From Psammoneis japonica (taxonomy: Eukaryota): 64,000 nucleotides of DNA. Below, in pieces: positions 23,166 to 34,011 of the stretch. The notes beneath the pieces were generated by a model that was not told the DNA's origin, did not search any database, and saw only the letters and a list, made by a program, of their open reading frames with translations. Position numbers and translations under genes: made by a program. The DNA lies in NCBI GenBank assembly GCA_008632985.1, contig QPGO01000132.1, forward strand, positions 1-64,000, in the 5' to 3' direction. Within the stretch, counting starts at the first letter, position 1, and each line of letters opens with the position of its first letter.

Positions 23166-23256
23166 AAAAAAGAATGTAGCTTACCAAAGATGCAATCTCT
23201 AATTATTGTCTCCCTCTCTCCCTCTCGCCCTTGACCTCTACCGGTACTGTGACTTG

Positions 23257-24426
23257 CTACATGATGCTTTGTCCCATAATGGACGTGACAAGATGCAATC
23301 CAAGCTCGACCGTTTCCTTCCCACCCGCTTTATCCGACAAGCTCGGATTCACTTCTACAATTTCAGCACTGGCCAAGAGACCGCTTTTTGCCACGGCCTC
23401 TGCAACATAATGTGCCTCTCGATACGTCAAACCTCCGCGAACGGCGGTTCCCGTGGCGGGTGCATGGGCCGGATCTACAGCGTCAATGTCATAGGACAAG
23501 TGCAGCGGGCGGTTGGGATCGTTTTGTAACAAATGTTGCAAGGCCATGTCCATGACGTTGCCGATTCCATAATGATCAATATCATGCATGCTAAAGGCAC
23601 GAATACCCAATCGTCGAATGGCGGCACGTTCGGCGGGATCGACATCGCGGAGACCGACATAGACAATGGAATCCGGTTGCAGTCGTGGTGTGTCGCCATC
23701 CTCTGACAGCCACTCGAGTCCGGGAAAGAGAGAATGATCCGGTGCCATGCCTTGCATAATCATACCAATAGGCATTCCATGTAAATTACCACTCTCGGAT
23801 ATATCCGGTGTGTTGAGATCCGCATGAGCATCCACCCAGATAATTCCCGTTTGTGGCCGACACTGCAAAATTCCCGCCAGCGAACCAATTCCAATCGAAT
23901 GATCGCCGCCCAAGATGAGCGGAAAACGACCTTCACTCAAACTCGTTTGTACGACTCGAGCCAATTCCTTGGTTCCCGCACCGACCAATCCACAATTCTT
24001 GGCATTCTGTAAATTGACATTGGCGTGTTGTGGCGATTGCTTTCCAATTTCATCAAAATCCAAATCACCCAAATCGTCCACTCTCCATCCCAACGAGGTT
24101 AATTTCGACAAGAGACCCGCCTCTCTCATTAATTGTGGTCCCATGTCGGTCCCCACAAAGGGTTGACCATAGGTCATGGGTGCTCCAATCAAGGACACGG
24201 TTTTGGGGTGTTTGGTATGCAAAAAGAGATCGCTTGAAATGGGAAGCAAGTGATCGTGGACATTACCAAAGCCAGCGCCGGCGCCGTCGTCTGTCTTCTT
24301 CTTCTTGGAGTTGTGCATGATGCGGCTTGTGTGAAACAATTTTCGAGTAGTGTTGTTGTTGGATGAATAATTACGGCATTTTGGGACGACCGTTTGACCG
24401 CAACGCAACAATCGAACTGATGACAT
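23257..24426 (-). CDS. ARG: Arginase (urea cycle) with mitochondrial-type presequence
   Basis: Motifs GGDHSIG, WVDAHADLN, SGNLHGMP, GLRDVD, SYDIDAVDP, EIVEVNP. Confidence 0.96.
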   Translation of the reverse strand: MSSVRLLRCGQTVVPKCRNYSSNNNTTRKLFHTSRIMHNSKKKKTDDGAGAGFGNVHDHLLPISSDLFLHTKHPKTVSLIGAPMTYGQPFVGTDMGPQLMREAGLLSKLTSLGWRVDDLGDLDFDEIGKQSPQHANVNLQNAKNCGLVGAGTKELARVVQTSLSEGRFPLILGGDHSIGIGSLAGILQCRPQTGIIWVDAHADLNTPDISESGNLHGMPIGMIMQGMAPDHSLFPGLEWLSEDGDTPRLQPDSIVYVGLRDVDPAERAAIRRLGIRAFSMHDIDHYGIGNVMDMALQHLLQNDPNRPLHLSYDIDAVDPAHAPATGTAVRGGLTYREAHYVAEAVAKSGLLASAEIVEVNPSLSDKAGGKETVELGLHLVTSIMGQSIM

Positions 24427-24910
24427 GGGGATGCAGAGGCTTTTACGGCAACAAATTACGTACGGAGTGTTGTCGACTCTGCTGATGACGCCGAATCATC
24501 TACCCCTCGACAACAGTGAAGAGATCGGCGATGCACGCACTGCCTCATCGAGATTCATTTTGTGAGGTGGGCAAAGTCGTGGCGCGCGTTTTCAGTTGGA
24601 CGCGCGACCGAGTCGTGGATGGTCGCGCTTGAGTCCCGACTTCTGCATGCTTGCTGTAGCTTCCACTGCTCGAGCGTTTTTTGAGTTCGCTGCATCACCC
24701 ATCACCCATCACCTCATGAGGTTGAACACAAAAGAAAGGACGTGAGAGAACAGGAATTGAGATCCAAACCTTCTGGTTATGCACCTGCAATCTCACAAAA
24801 AAGGAGCTTTCTGAAGAATACAATCCATCATACTGTAGACGACTGTGGACGTGACGTTTTCGCATACCGAGCACGACAAACGAAGCGCCGAAAAGTAAGA
24901 ACCGAGGAAC

Positions 24911-25954
24911 ATGAAGCAGCCAAACGATGATGATTCATCCTTAGAGATTGGTTCCTTGGAATCTGCCGAAAAGCACTCGATATCTTTGGACAGTGATCGT
25001 ACTTTGACCTATTACACCTTTCCAGACTACAACAACGACCACACATCGCCGTCCTATCCCGTCTTGTACCTTCATGGCTTTCCGGGCAACGGCCTGGAGG
25101 CGGCGGTGTTGTGTGCTCCCGCCGCTGCAAATGTCAAGCTATATGCCTTGGATCGTCATGGCATGGGTGAGTCCGACGGGTTTGACGGCAATAACTTGAC
25201 GACACCAAGAGAGAGATACGAGCAATTTTGCAAGGACGTGTGGGATCTTGCCGCAAAACTCGAGTGGAGCAAGTTTTCAATCATTGGTGTCAGTGGAGGT
25301 GGGCCCTTTGCGTGTGCAATCCTCGAGTCTTACTTGTCATCCAAGTTGCCAAAGAACAACGACAATATTGTGCTGGAACGAGTCGTATTGGTCGCAGGCG
25401 TTTGCTGTTCGGCGGGTGTTTCAGACATGTTTTCGATCAATCAAAAAATGTATTCCATGGGATCGACGGTCGAAACAAGTATGCTCTCGTATTGGAAACT
25501 ACGACTCTTGTTTGGTACGACGCGGTGGATGGTGAAAATCATGCCATCATCTTTAATGTTGAAAGGAGTTGCCAACAAGGAATTGCCCCAGGTGGATCAA
25601 GATTTACTCACCAACACTGCCATGGGCAAGGCCATGTATGATGTGCTTGTCGTGTCCTTGAAGAATGGTTCTTTTGGAGCGTTTTCAGAGGCGTGTACGA
25701 TTTTTCGGCCCAAACAGGAATGGGAAGATTCCTTGCGGCTGCACTATGCCAAAGAAAGCAATGCGCAAAACCTTCCTCGGATTCACATCTTTCAAGGAGC
25801 CAAAGACAAGAATGTGCCGCTCTCGCATGGAAAATACTTTCACGAGACCATCTTTGGCGGAAAGTCAACATTTTATCAGTACGATGGGCTAGGTCACATC
25901 AGTTTGGTTTATGAAAAGAGGGAGGAGTATCTCGCAAAGGCGGTAAATGGTTAG
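24911..25954 (+). CDS. Alpha/beta hydrolase fold protein
   Basis: Motifs HGFPG, DRHGMGES, nucleophile elbow GVSGGG, QGAKDKNVP, GH. Divergent from arginase. Confidence 0.9.
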   Translation: MKQPNDDDSSLEIGSLESAEKHSISLDSDRTLTYYTFPDYNNDHTSPSYPVLYLHGFPGNGLEAAVLCAPAAANVKLYALDRHGMGESDGFDGNNLTTPRERYEQFCKDVWDLAAKLEWSKFSIIGVSGGGPFACAILESYLSSKLPKNNDNIVLERVVLVAGVCCSAGVSDMFSINQKMYSMGSTVETSMLSYWKLRLLFGTTRWMVKIMPSSLMLKGVANKELPQVDQDLLTNTAMGKAMYDVLVVSLKNGSFGAFSEACTIFRPKQEWEDSLRLHYAKESNAQNLPRIHIFQGAKDKNVPLSHGKYFHETIFGGKSTFYQYDGLGHISLVYEKREEYLAKAVNG

Positions 25955-26278
25955 AAATTTGGCACGGTTATTGATCAGCACAGTAGGGCATCCTTCCGGC
26001 CGTCTTTAAACAAGTTTGCGATCACTATGTAGTGTCTAGTGGTGGCTTGCTTGCTAGCCACAGTAGTACGAACTGTCACGGCGCTGTTGCATAATGTGGT
26101 TGCGTTGGAAGTGCGGTAGCTCTAGGCCTAGCAGAAGAAACCCGCAACAGTTTCTCAATTTTTGTTTTGCAAGCATTCGCTGCTATACTGCTTGCTATAC
26201 ATTAACATTGAACTGTTCCCTTTTGGAACAGATTGTGCAATTAAGCAGATAGCAGGCTTTGCCCTGGATAGAAGCTTC

Positions 26279-26893
26279 TTATTCTTGCCCATTGTTGGGA
26301 CGATAAATCCTGTCAGCCGTCACTGGATCAAAAAGTAATTGTAGCATGTGGGGCGCCATATAGGAGTAATACAACAACTGAATGGCCAACGGCAGTGTCA
26401 CCACGGCAATAGGCGATAAAAACAGTGGACCCGCAATCAACTCCAAGAGACGTCCCACGGCAACGAGTTGACATATTATACCCCCAACAAAAGCAAAGGT
26501 CCTGTGCGGTTGCCAAGTCAGCAAGTAAAACATTGTAAAGAGTATTCGAAATACTGTAAATGTGTAAACAAGCACTTTGAGTTCTTGATCTTGTCGATTG
26601 CCAAGCGCCACGGCGTACAAAATGAAAACGATCCAGGCGTGCATGTTTTCCGTGTCGTTGCGCTGAATGTGGCTCCATCGAGTGACCCATTGATTCTCGC
26701 TAACAGTGGTGGCAATGTGGCCACCAATGTGAAAGTCTTCTCGGTTTCGAAAGTTTCGAGTTTTGACACGAAGAAATCCAATGACTTGGGATGTAAAGGT
26801 GCACTTGAGCGAAAGGATCGAAACACCGAGAGCGACAGGTGCCAGTGACGGGTATTGGTCAAAGACGTTCTTGACTGTAGCAACCGTCATCAT
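26279..26893 (-). CDS. MAPEG family protein (microsomal GST / prostaglandin E synthase-like)
   Basis: Motifs R..F.N.ED, RWSHIQRNDTEN, FTVFRILFT...QPHRT, with hydrophobic helices. Confidence 0.75.
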   Translation of the reverse strand: MMTVATVKNVFDQYPSLAPVALGVSILSLKCTFTSQVIGFLRVKTRNFRNREDFHIGGHIATTVSENQWVTRWSHIQRNDTENMHAWIVFILYAVALGNRQDQELKVLVYTFTVFRILFTMFYLLTWQPHRTFAFVGGIICQLVAVGRLLELIAGPLFLSPIAVVTLPLAIQLLYYSYMAPHMLQLLFDPVTADRIYRPNNGQE

Positions 26894-27589
26894 CAATGTT
26901 TCTAAAAATATCAGCGGAGGAAACAAAGGAAGACGAGGCTCCGGATACAAAGCACAGTTCCTTCTTACTGTAGACTAGAGAGTATATTTTACTTTGCATG
27001 TCGTTGGATGATTCCGATGATACATCATGCAAATAATACGATCGGCTCGATCGGGCGCCGGGCGCCTCGGGAGTTTTTAGAAAATTTAATACCCTATTCA
27101 ATGATGCATGCTGTAAAAAAATTTAGTATAACGATTTGTGGGGAGGAGGTCGCGCATCGCGACCAACCGCACGACTCATGCGCGAGCAAAAAGCATCATC
27201 TTGCCCACAAGGTCGCAATGGTCACCACTGTAGAGAAGCAGCATGATTTTGCCAAGTGGTGGATCATTGCTGTCTAACTGCCAAATGGGCAGAAGAAAGG
27301 AGCATACACACGCATGTGATCAGAGGAGCTTGGTTGGCAGTGAACAGGAGGCTCAGCGAGCAAGTGTGCTGTCCTGGAAATGTGCATGAAGCCGGTGCTC
27401 CCAGCTTGTGCGCTGCATGTCTGTTTCAACCTCAATTGACTGGTTGAGACCCCTTCATTGCACAGCCTAGCTTCATCAACCTTGCCAGTCACTGCTGCAT
27501 CTTTGACAACAAAATCAGGAGCTGTGAGAGAGAAAGTCTGCAAAAAGACGTCGAGTCTGTCCAGCGTTCACCAACCCCCCCCCCCCCCC

Positions 27590-30500
27590 AATGCACAATT
27601 TGACAGACTCTTTCAGCACAAATTCCAAATTTGGTGTGCAAGATGATTCTTCAGCGGGTGTCACAGCAACAACAGAGGGACAACAACAATGGACACTGGA
27701 GCAGTTGTTGCCGTTGCGCCGTGTCATGAACTGGCCTTGGAGTCTGGTGGAGGAGGTGACTGTGCAGCTGATCTTCAGCAACGGTCTCCCTCCGAGCGGC
27801 AATGAGGATTTGTTTGAGCAACTCTGTGTTTCAGCATTGTTTCCATTCATCTTGGGTGTCCCATCAAATCAGGTGCAACTGCATTTGGTGGATGAGAACC
27901 GGGTTGGAGATCCAGAAGAAGACTGTGGGGGGGCACATTCAACAAAAAGAGTTGAGGAGTTGAAAAGTCATGAAGATGAAAGTGAAGCTGTCTCGCCTGC
28001 TGGTTGCCATGACTGTTTCATGGAGATTTGTGGGTGTGCTGCAAGAGGGCAAGAAGGTCTCCCTGAGTGCAGCTTCTGCACATTTTCTGGCCATGGTCAT
28101 GGGACAGGGCAGATGGACAAATGTCATGTCAAATGCGGAGCAAAAGGCCACAAGTTGCGCTTTGTTCATTTGGGGGCAAAGGCGACAGTTCTCATGATCC
28201 TTGACATTTGCGGCAATCTGCACGCGGTTGCCTGCATGAGTGACAGGGTTCCTCCAGGTGATGCAATGAGAAGATGGAAGAAGACCATCAGAGTGCACGA
28301 CATCGTAACAATGTCTGCATGCGTGACAAAATTACATTGCTGTGTTACAAAATTTACTTGTCTGCACATGACGGTTTTTGTCATTTGGTCAATTGTCAAT
28401 CTCCTGCTGTTCTTCATGTTTGAACACAGATGCTTTTTAATTTTTATGCTCTGCCTTTTTCACAACAACTGACGATCTTTAACGACAAGCCAAACACTGC
28501 AATTGCATGCAATGAAATTTTCATCATGCAAAGTGTGCACCAATTGTTTGATCAACAACTGTGCTCCAATTGGCCCATTCGTCCACATCGTCCTCTTCAT
28601 TCCATGTGTCTTGTCCACTCTCTTGCAAGAATTTCAAATGTGCCGCTGCCGCATTGGCCTGACCACAGCGCCGACTTTCAGCAGGCGATTGTGGCTGCCA
28701 GGGAACATTTCATGGCACAGGATGACTGAATGGACTGTGCAAGTGGACACTGCATAGAATCCATGAGGAAGCAATTGCTCTGAAACTGCGCACATCTGAT
28801 GCATCGAGAGTTTCCTGTCGTGTCGGTGGTTGGGAAAGCCTTCCGATCTGGAAGAAGCTTGTCTTGGAGTTTCAGAAGAAGACATCAGAACGAAAGCAAC
28901 AGAAGGTGCTCGTGCCGCACTGCTTCACGTGTGCCACAATGACTTTGCCAATTCTGAAAGGATCAAATTCATCATGTTTGCAAGAAAGAGTCAGGAAATC
29001 ACTGTGAGTGAATGACAGATTGATGTGCATGTCCCATTTTAGAAACAAATCTGACCAACACTTCCTTCTGTCCTGTGTGGCCCAAACAAACAGGGCCTTT
29101 TCTTGCGCTTCTGCTGCTCCTGGACATTCTTCATAAACCAAAACATTGTCCCCAATTGCTTCGATGGGGAGAACACGTAACTTGGGTGAGTGCTGAGTCT
29201 TCTCAGGTGTTGAAAGCCAGTTGTTTTGTTTGTGATCAAGCTGCCAGTGACCAACCAAGTCTGTGTGCTGATGCCGTTGCCTCACAGTTCTCTGGTCAGC
29301 TTGACAAGCAGTTGGATGGACCACTGCAAAAATCGATCCTGTGTCTTCCTGTTGAAGAAACATGGCAAACGGGAGGGAAACTGTTGATCGCCCTTTCGTG
29401 CGCCAAAGGTCACACAGGCAAAGTCATGCCATCCCTCCCGTTTGCATTGCAAAACTCTGTCTTACAAGTCAGGTGTGCATTTTCACTGTCTTCACCAACA
29501 CAATCCTCTCACTTTTCTGACATGAAGTTCAGTGACACAGGATGAACTTGGCAACGAGCATGCAAGCTGTTCCACTCAAACGTCACAGCGCCAATCCCTC
29601 GGTTGCAGGTGAGAGTGAGTGCACTTCCTCCCAGCGTGTGATTGTCCGTCCTGACTCTTGATGATTCCTTTTTCCCAGTTGGCAAAATCCAACTGTCAGC
29701 TGAAATTGCGGCATTGAGCCTCATTTGGTCCTCCATGCGTGACACAACCTGCTTCAGAAAACTGTCGAGGTCATGTTGTTGTGCGGCAGATGACAGCAGC
29801 TTGAAAAAGTCTTTCAAGAGACATTCCCCCAACCCTGCGTCAAAGTTCATCGCATGTCGGCAACAACAAAGAAACACTGGGAGATGGAGTGTTTCATAAA
29901 GCTTTTGAAGCTTCCGCCCGCATCCTTCTGTTCGCAGGACGAATTGCACTGTCCGGTCAATGAGGAGACGGATTTTCTTGTTTATTTTCTGAATGGATGA
30001 ACTGGGAGTTGCACTTGTGATGGGTGGATTGCCCAGCCTGCACCATGCGTGGAAGACAAGAAGGTCCTCGAGCAATTGAATGAAATTCCGGACGCTGCAG
30101 TTGAGTCTTTTTCCCTTGTGTTTTTTCTTTTTTTGGTTGTCGTCACCATCCTCAGCCTCACTCTCCTCTTTCTCATCCTCATTTTCGTCCCAGTCACCCT
30201 CTTCGGACTCCTCTGACCTTTCATCGTCAGAGTCCAAGTGCTCACTGGGTTGGCAGCAACTCTCAAAGTTCACTTTGGGTGTCTTGCGATTCTCTGGAAC
30301 AATGGGTTCGTCTGCGTCCTCATCAAGGAAGCATGACTCACATGCGTTTCGTCCCTCACTGGTCAACAGGAGAAGGTAGAAAACAAAAGCCATTCCAGCC
30401 CAGTGGTGAGAGTTGAGGAAGGTGAGCGACGTTGCTCCTCCTTTGAAGTTTGTTCGCAAAAAGGATGCTTTGCAAGTTGACCGGTGATTGCTGAAAATCC

Positions 30501-33500
30501 TTTCCACTGTGCTGTCCACCTCACTTGCGACCACAGGTGTCATGCTGTCTACAAATGAATTGACTGCCCTTTTCAAGGTGCCATTTTCAAAGAGATGCAT
30601 CATGTCGCTTGCTGTCGCAAGGGTGATGCCGCATGGTTGTGCACCAAAGTCTGCCTCAAAAAGACAGTTGGCAGGTGCGTTGTGTTGCTTGAGGCAATGC
30701 AAGATGCCCAACCAGTGCTTCCTTTCTTGGTCTGATCTGTTGTTGTCGTTGGCCTTAGTTTGCACTTGGTGGAGATCCAGTCCTCGGACAAACTTGCATT
30801 CAATCCATGGGTCATCCAGTTTGTTGAAGCCAGTGAGGCAAAAACGACAGCAACGTTGACGACAGTTGTGACCTCCGCATCGTCCGATGAGACAGTCGCC
30901 ACTTTTTGCATCTCCTGTGATCAGAACGATCAGCGGGATTGCGTGGAGGTGTCGCATCTCATCCCCTCGTCGCACACATGTTTTCATGCCTCCTTTTCTC
31001 ATGACTTCCAAAAGTGGCTCCAAAACAACACGCAAGCAAGTGTGGCAGTCTCTCAATGAGCGTCCCTTCTCCGCCTTGCGATTGTTTGAGAGATTCTTTG
31101 CCGCAGATGACGACATCTTTTCCAAATCCGGGAGACAACCAATTGGTTTCCAGACACTCTTGTCTGACCATTTGTCGAAGGCAACATGCACAGAGGTCAT
31201 GATCACTGGTTCTCCGCAATGTGATCCCATCCCTTGTGTCCCACCAGTCTTGTTGAGGCAAATGACATTGCACTCGAGAAATTGTTTCTCCGGGTCAGTT
31301 GTCCATTCTTCGTAACTGCGCCTGTGCCACTCACCCGCCAAAAGGCACTTGTCATCCAGTCCCTTCGCTTTGAACTTCCCAAAAGGATTGTCTGGATCGG
31401 CCACATTCTCTCTGCTGCACCACAGGTGAGGATCGAGTGAAAACTGTTCCCAAACCTTTGTGAAATCCCATCTTGGCACTGACACTCGTTTTGGCAAACC
31501 GGTTTTGAAATTTTTGGTTTCTAGAGTGACAGGAATAGACTCGCTGGGTGGAAGAGGGAAATGATTGGTCAAGGCATGCATCAACTCTTTTCTCCTTGGC
31601 AGAACTGCACCAAGCTCAATGTTGCTGTCACCAGTGTGCCTCTCAATGAAATCAACAATGCAATTGCACAATTCCAGGGGAGCACCACGTGTGTCCATGA
31701 TCTTCTTGCACAACTCTGCGCAAGCTCCGTCAAGATTTGTCAAAGAGGGAGCAGAAGCCAAGGCCTCTTCTGCAGGAGCATCACACCTGATCCCCAAACG
31801 TTGATCCTCATCATGAATGTCCTCTTCCTCCTCCATTGTCATGTCCAACACTGCAGCAAAGGATTGACCACCGCCAACATCCAAATCGTTCATTGCCAAA
31901 AGTTCAACTCCATGCATGCTGTGGTTTGATGAAATGGAGGACATGTCGTCCATTCCGTGTGGTGCGTCATCCTGGGAGGGGAACAAGGGGCTGCTGCTCA
32001 GATCACTCATTGAAGATCTTGGGAATCTGCTGTGAGTGGATCGCCTTGGATGGGATTCGTCATCATCAGAGGACGAAGAGGAAGAGCTGCCACTTTCTTT
32101 GGGTGGCCCCTCTGTTGTGGCAGGAATGTCACTTTGATCTGGGACCAGATCTTGGGTTTGCAACTCTTGGGCAACTGAGTGACACGTCGGCGAGCATCTC
32201 CAATGGCAGGCTGTTCGCAAAAAACTTTGGCCACAACCTGGACAGAGAAGAGGGTTTCCGTCCATTGTCAATCAGACAACATTGACAGGGCCTTCATCAA
32301 GACTCACACTCGTCGTCCTTGTCTTGTGGATGAGAAGGGAAAAGAAGAACAACATGCAAAAAGTTGGTGGGAAACTGGCAAACATTACATTGCACTCCAG
32401 ATTTGGATGATTCTCATGGGTGTGACATGTCTGCATTTTGATTTTTTATCTGGCACTCACAATGAACATTGTGCTTTTTATTTGCTGTCAAAATGTGGGA
32501 TGTTGTCTCCGTTGAAACGCAATGACAGCCACATCAAAAAGCAAGCTGGACTGTTCGTTGTCATGTGCAAATGTGTTTTCAAATTTCAGTGTTGCTGACA
32601 ACAATTTGTGCAATGTTTTGGAGAAAAACAGAGTGCCTGGCTGTCTCAACACGACCCAAACAACGGTTGCACTGTGGAACAGTGCCACTCCTCTCATTGT
32701 TTCCGTGAAAAGATCAAGATGTCGCATCCAGCACCACCGGCAAAGAAGAGAAAGAAAAATGAGACTGTCAAGCCAATGAGCCCAAGACTTCAGGCAGTGT
32801 TGAAGAGAACAGGTGCGCAGGCAGCGCATGGTGCATTGAAATCAGAAGTGGAGAAGGTGGCTGGAAATGATCTGTTTCCACAGGTGAAGTTTCTCAGTCC
32901 ATCAGAATTGGCAAGCAATGGGAGCGTCTCAATGTTTGTCAAGAAACAGATTGCTGGTGGCAACATGGACACTTCAAACTGGTCAGGAACTTGGGAGGAA
33001 TGGGCAAAAAAGGCGGTAAAAAGGCAAATTGACAATCGCAGAAACACGGTGTGTTCGGCTGTTGGGGTGGAGGCAATGGCCCGTAAGTCAAGTGACCAAT
33101 GTGTGTGACTCGAGAGTTGCACGTGTCTCACAAGAAGATGATGGTGATGCTTCATCTGTGCAGGCATTGTCGCTGAGGAAGAGGGAAAGGAAAAAGAAAA
33201 GAAACTCAAGGCGGCAGCCAGGAGGAAAAAGCAAGGCAGGAAAAAGTCAAGCTGTGACAAGAATGAAGAGAATGATGTCCCGTTTGTGCCGACATGGGAT
33301 CCGTTTGGCCTGGACACCATCACCGGCGGCAAACGAAGGAACAAGCAGGCACACAAGTGGTTCTGTGATCACATGCCACCTCAAACCACATGGAGCAGCG
33401 CTGTCAAAACTGGGAACGCACAGGTCTCACAGTTGTTTGCGGTCGGTGACGAAGCTTTGGCACTGTCAGCTGTGGAGAATTGTTGGCAGGTGTGGGCATG

Positions 33501-34010
33501 CAGGAACAAGGAGGAGGCGGTGGAAGAATTGGGTGAGGAAATGGAGCCCGAAGAAACAAGGCCTGCCCCTCGGCACATGAAGCCAAAGAAACAACGAGTG
33601 TCTTGGGGAGACAAAGGAATCAATTGGTTCGACGATTTGTGCAAAGAGGTGACAAAAGACAGAGACTCCAAGGAGGGCAAGGAGTTTGAAAAGTGGCACG
33701 CGGAGATCAAGAAAAGCGAGTGCGAGAAGTCCGGAGAAGCAAAAAAGAAGAAGAAAAAAGCACCAACTGGTGACACGGAGAAGGTGAAGGCAATGAACAG
33801 CCCAATGGTGGAGAGCAGCAGGGACGACAATGGCAACGACGATGAGCAGGAGGAAGGGGCAAAAGGCAAAACGGACGACGGAGGAGACGAGTCCGATGGA
33901 GACGAGTCCGATGATGATTGTTGGCTCAGTTTGAGAGAGTTGCAGCAAGAAAATGTGTGCACAGTTGACACAGCACTCGGTCATTGCACTGCAGACGTAA
34001 CAAGGGATTG
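27590..34010. mobile_element. Putative Plavaka/CMC(EnSpm)-like DNA transposon relic with transposase and accessory ORFs; termini not identified
   Basis: Transposase-like ORF on the minus strand, a divergent intron-containing ORF (32718-34011), and a convergent ORF relic (27591-29035). All are TA-depleted. Confidence 0.6.
29030..32271 (-). pseudogene. Plavaka/CMC-like transposase, hypermutated
   Basis: N-terminal CPGC...H...C finger. Motifs ITGDAKSGD...CRFC, DMMHLFENG, KLQKL(H>Y)ETLHLP, NFDAG.GE. Only ~3 Tyr in 920 aa. A TGA at 29509 truncates a frame whose likely C-terminus continues toward ~29030. Confidence 0.65.
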
Positions 34011-34011
34011 A
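32718..34011 (+). pseudogene. Transposon-associated accessory ORF (basic/acidic, NLS-like PAKKRKK), hypermutated
   Basis: GT-AG intron 33083-33163 joins two frames (AMA-R-IVAEEE). Motifs DEALAL..EN.W and W..KGINWF..LCKEV..DR. No Tyr. Confidence 0.5.

Noticed and set aside
27226..27260. CACTGTAG as a possible CACTA-type terminal inverted repeat
   Set aside because: I could not find a convincing matching inverted end downstream.
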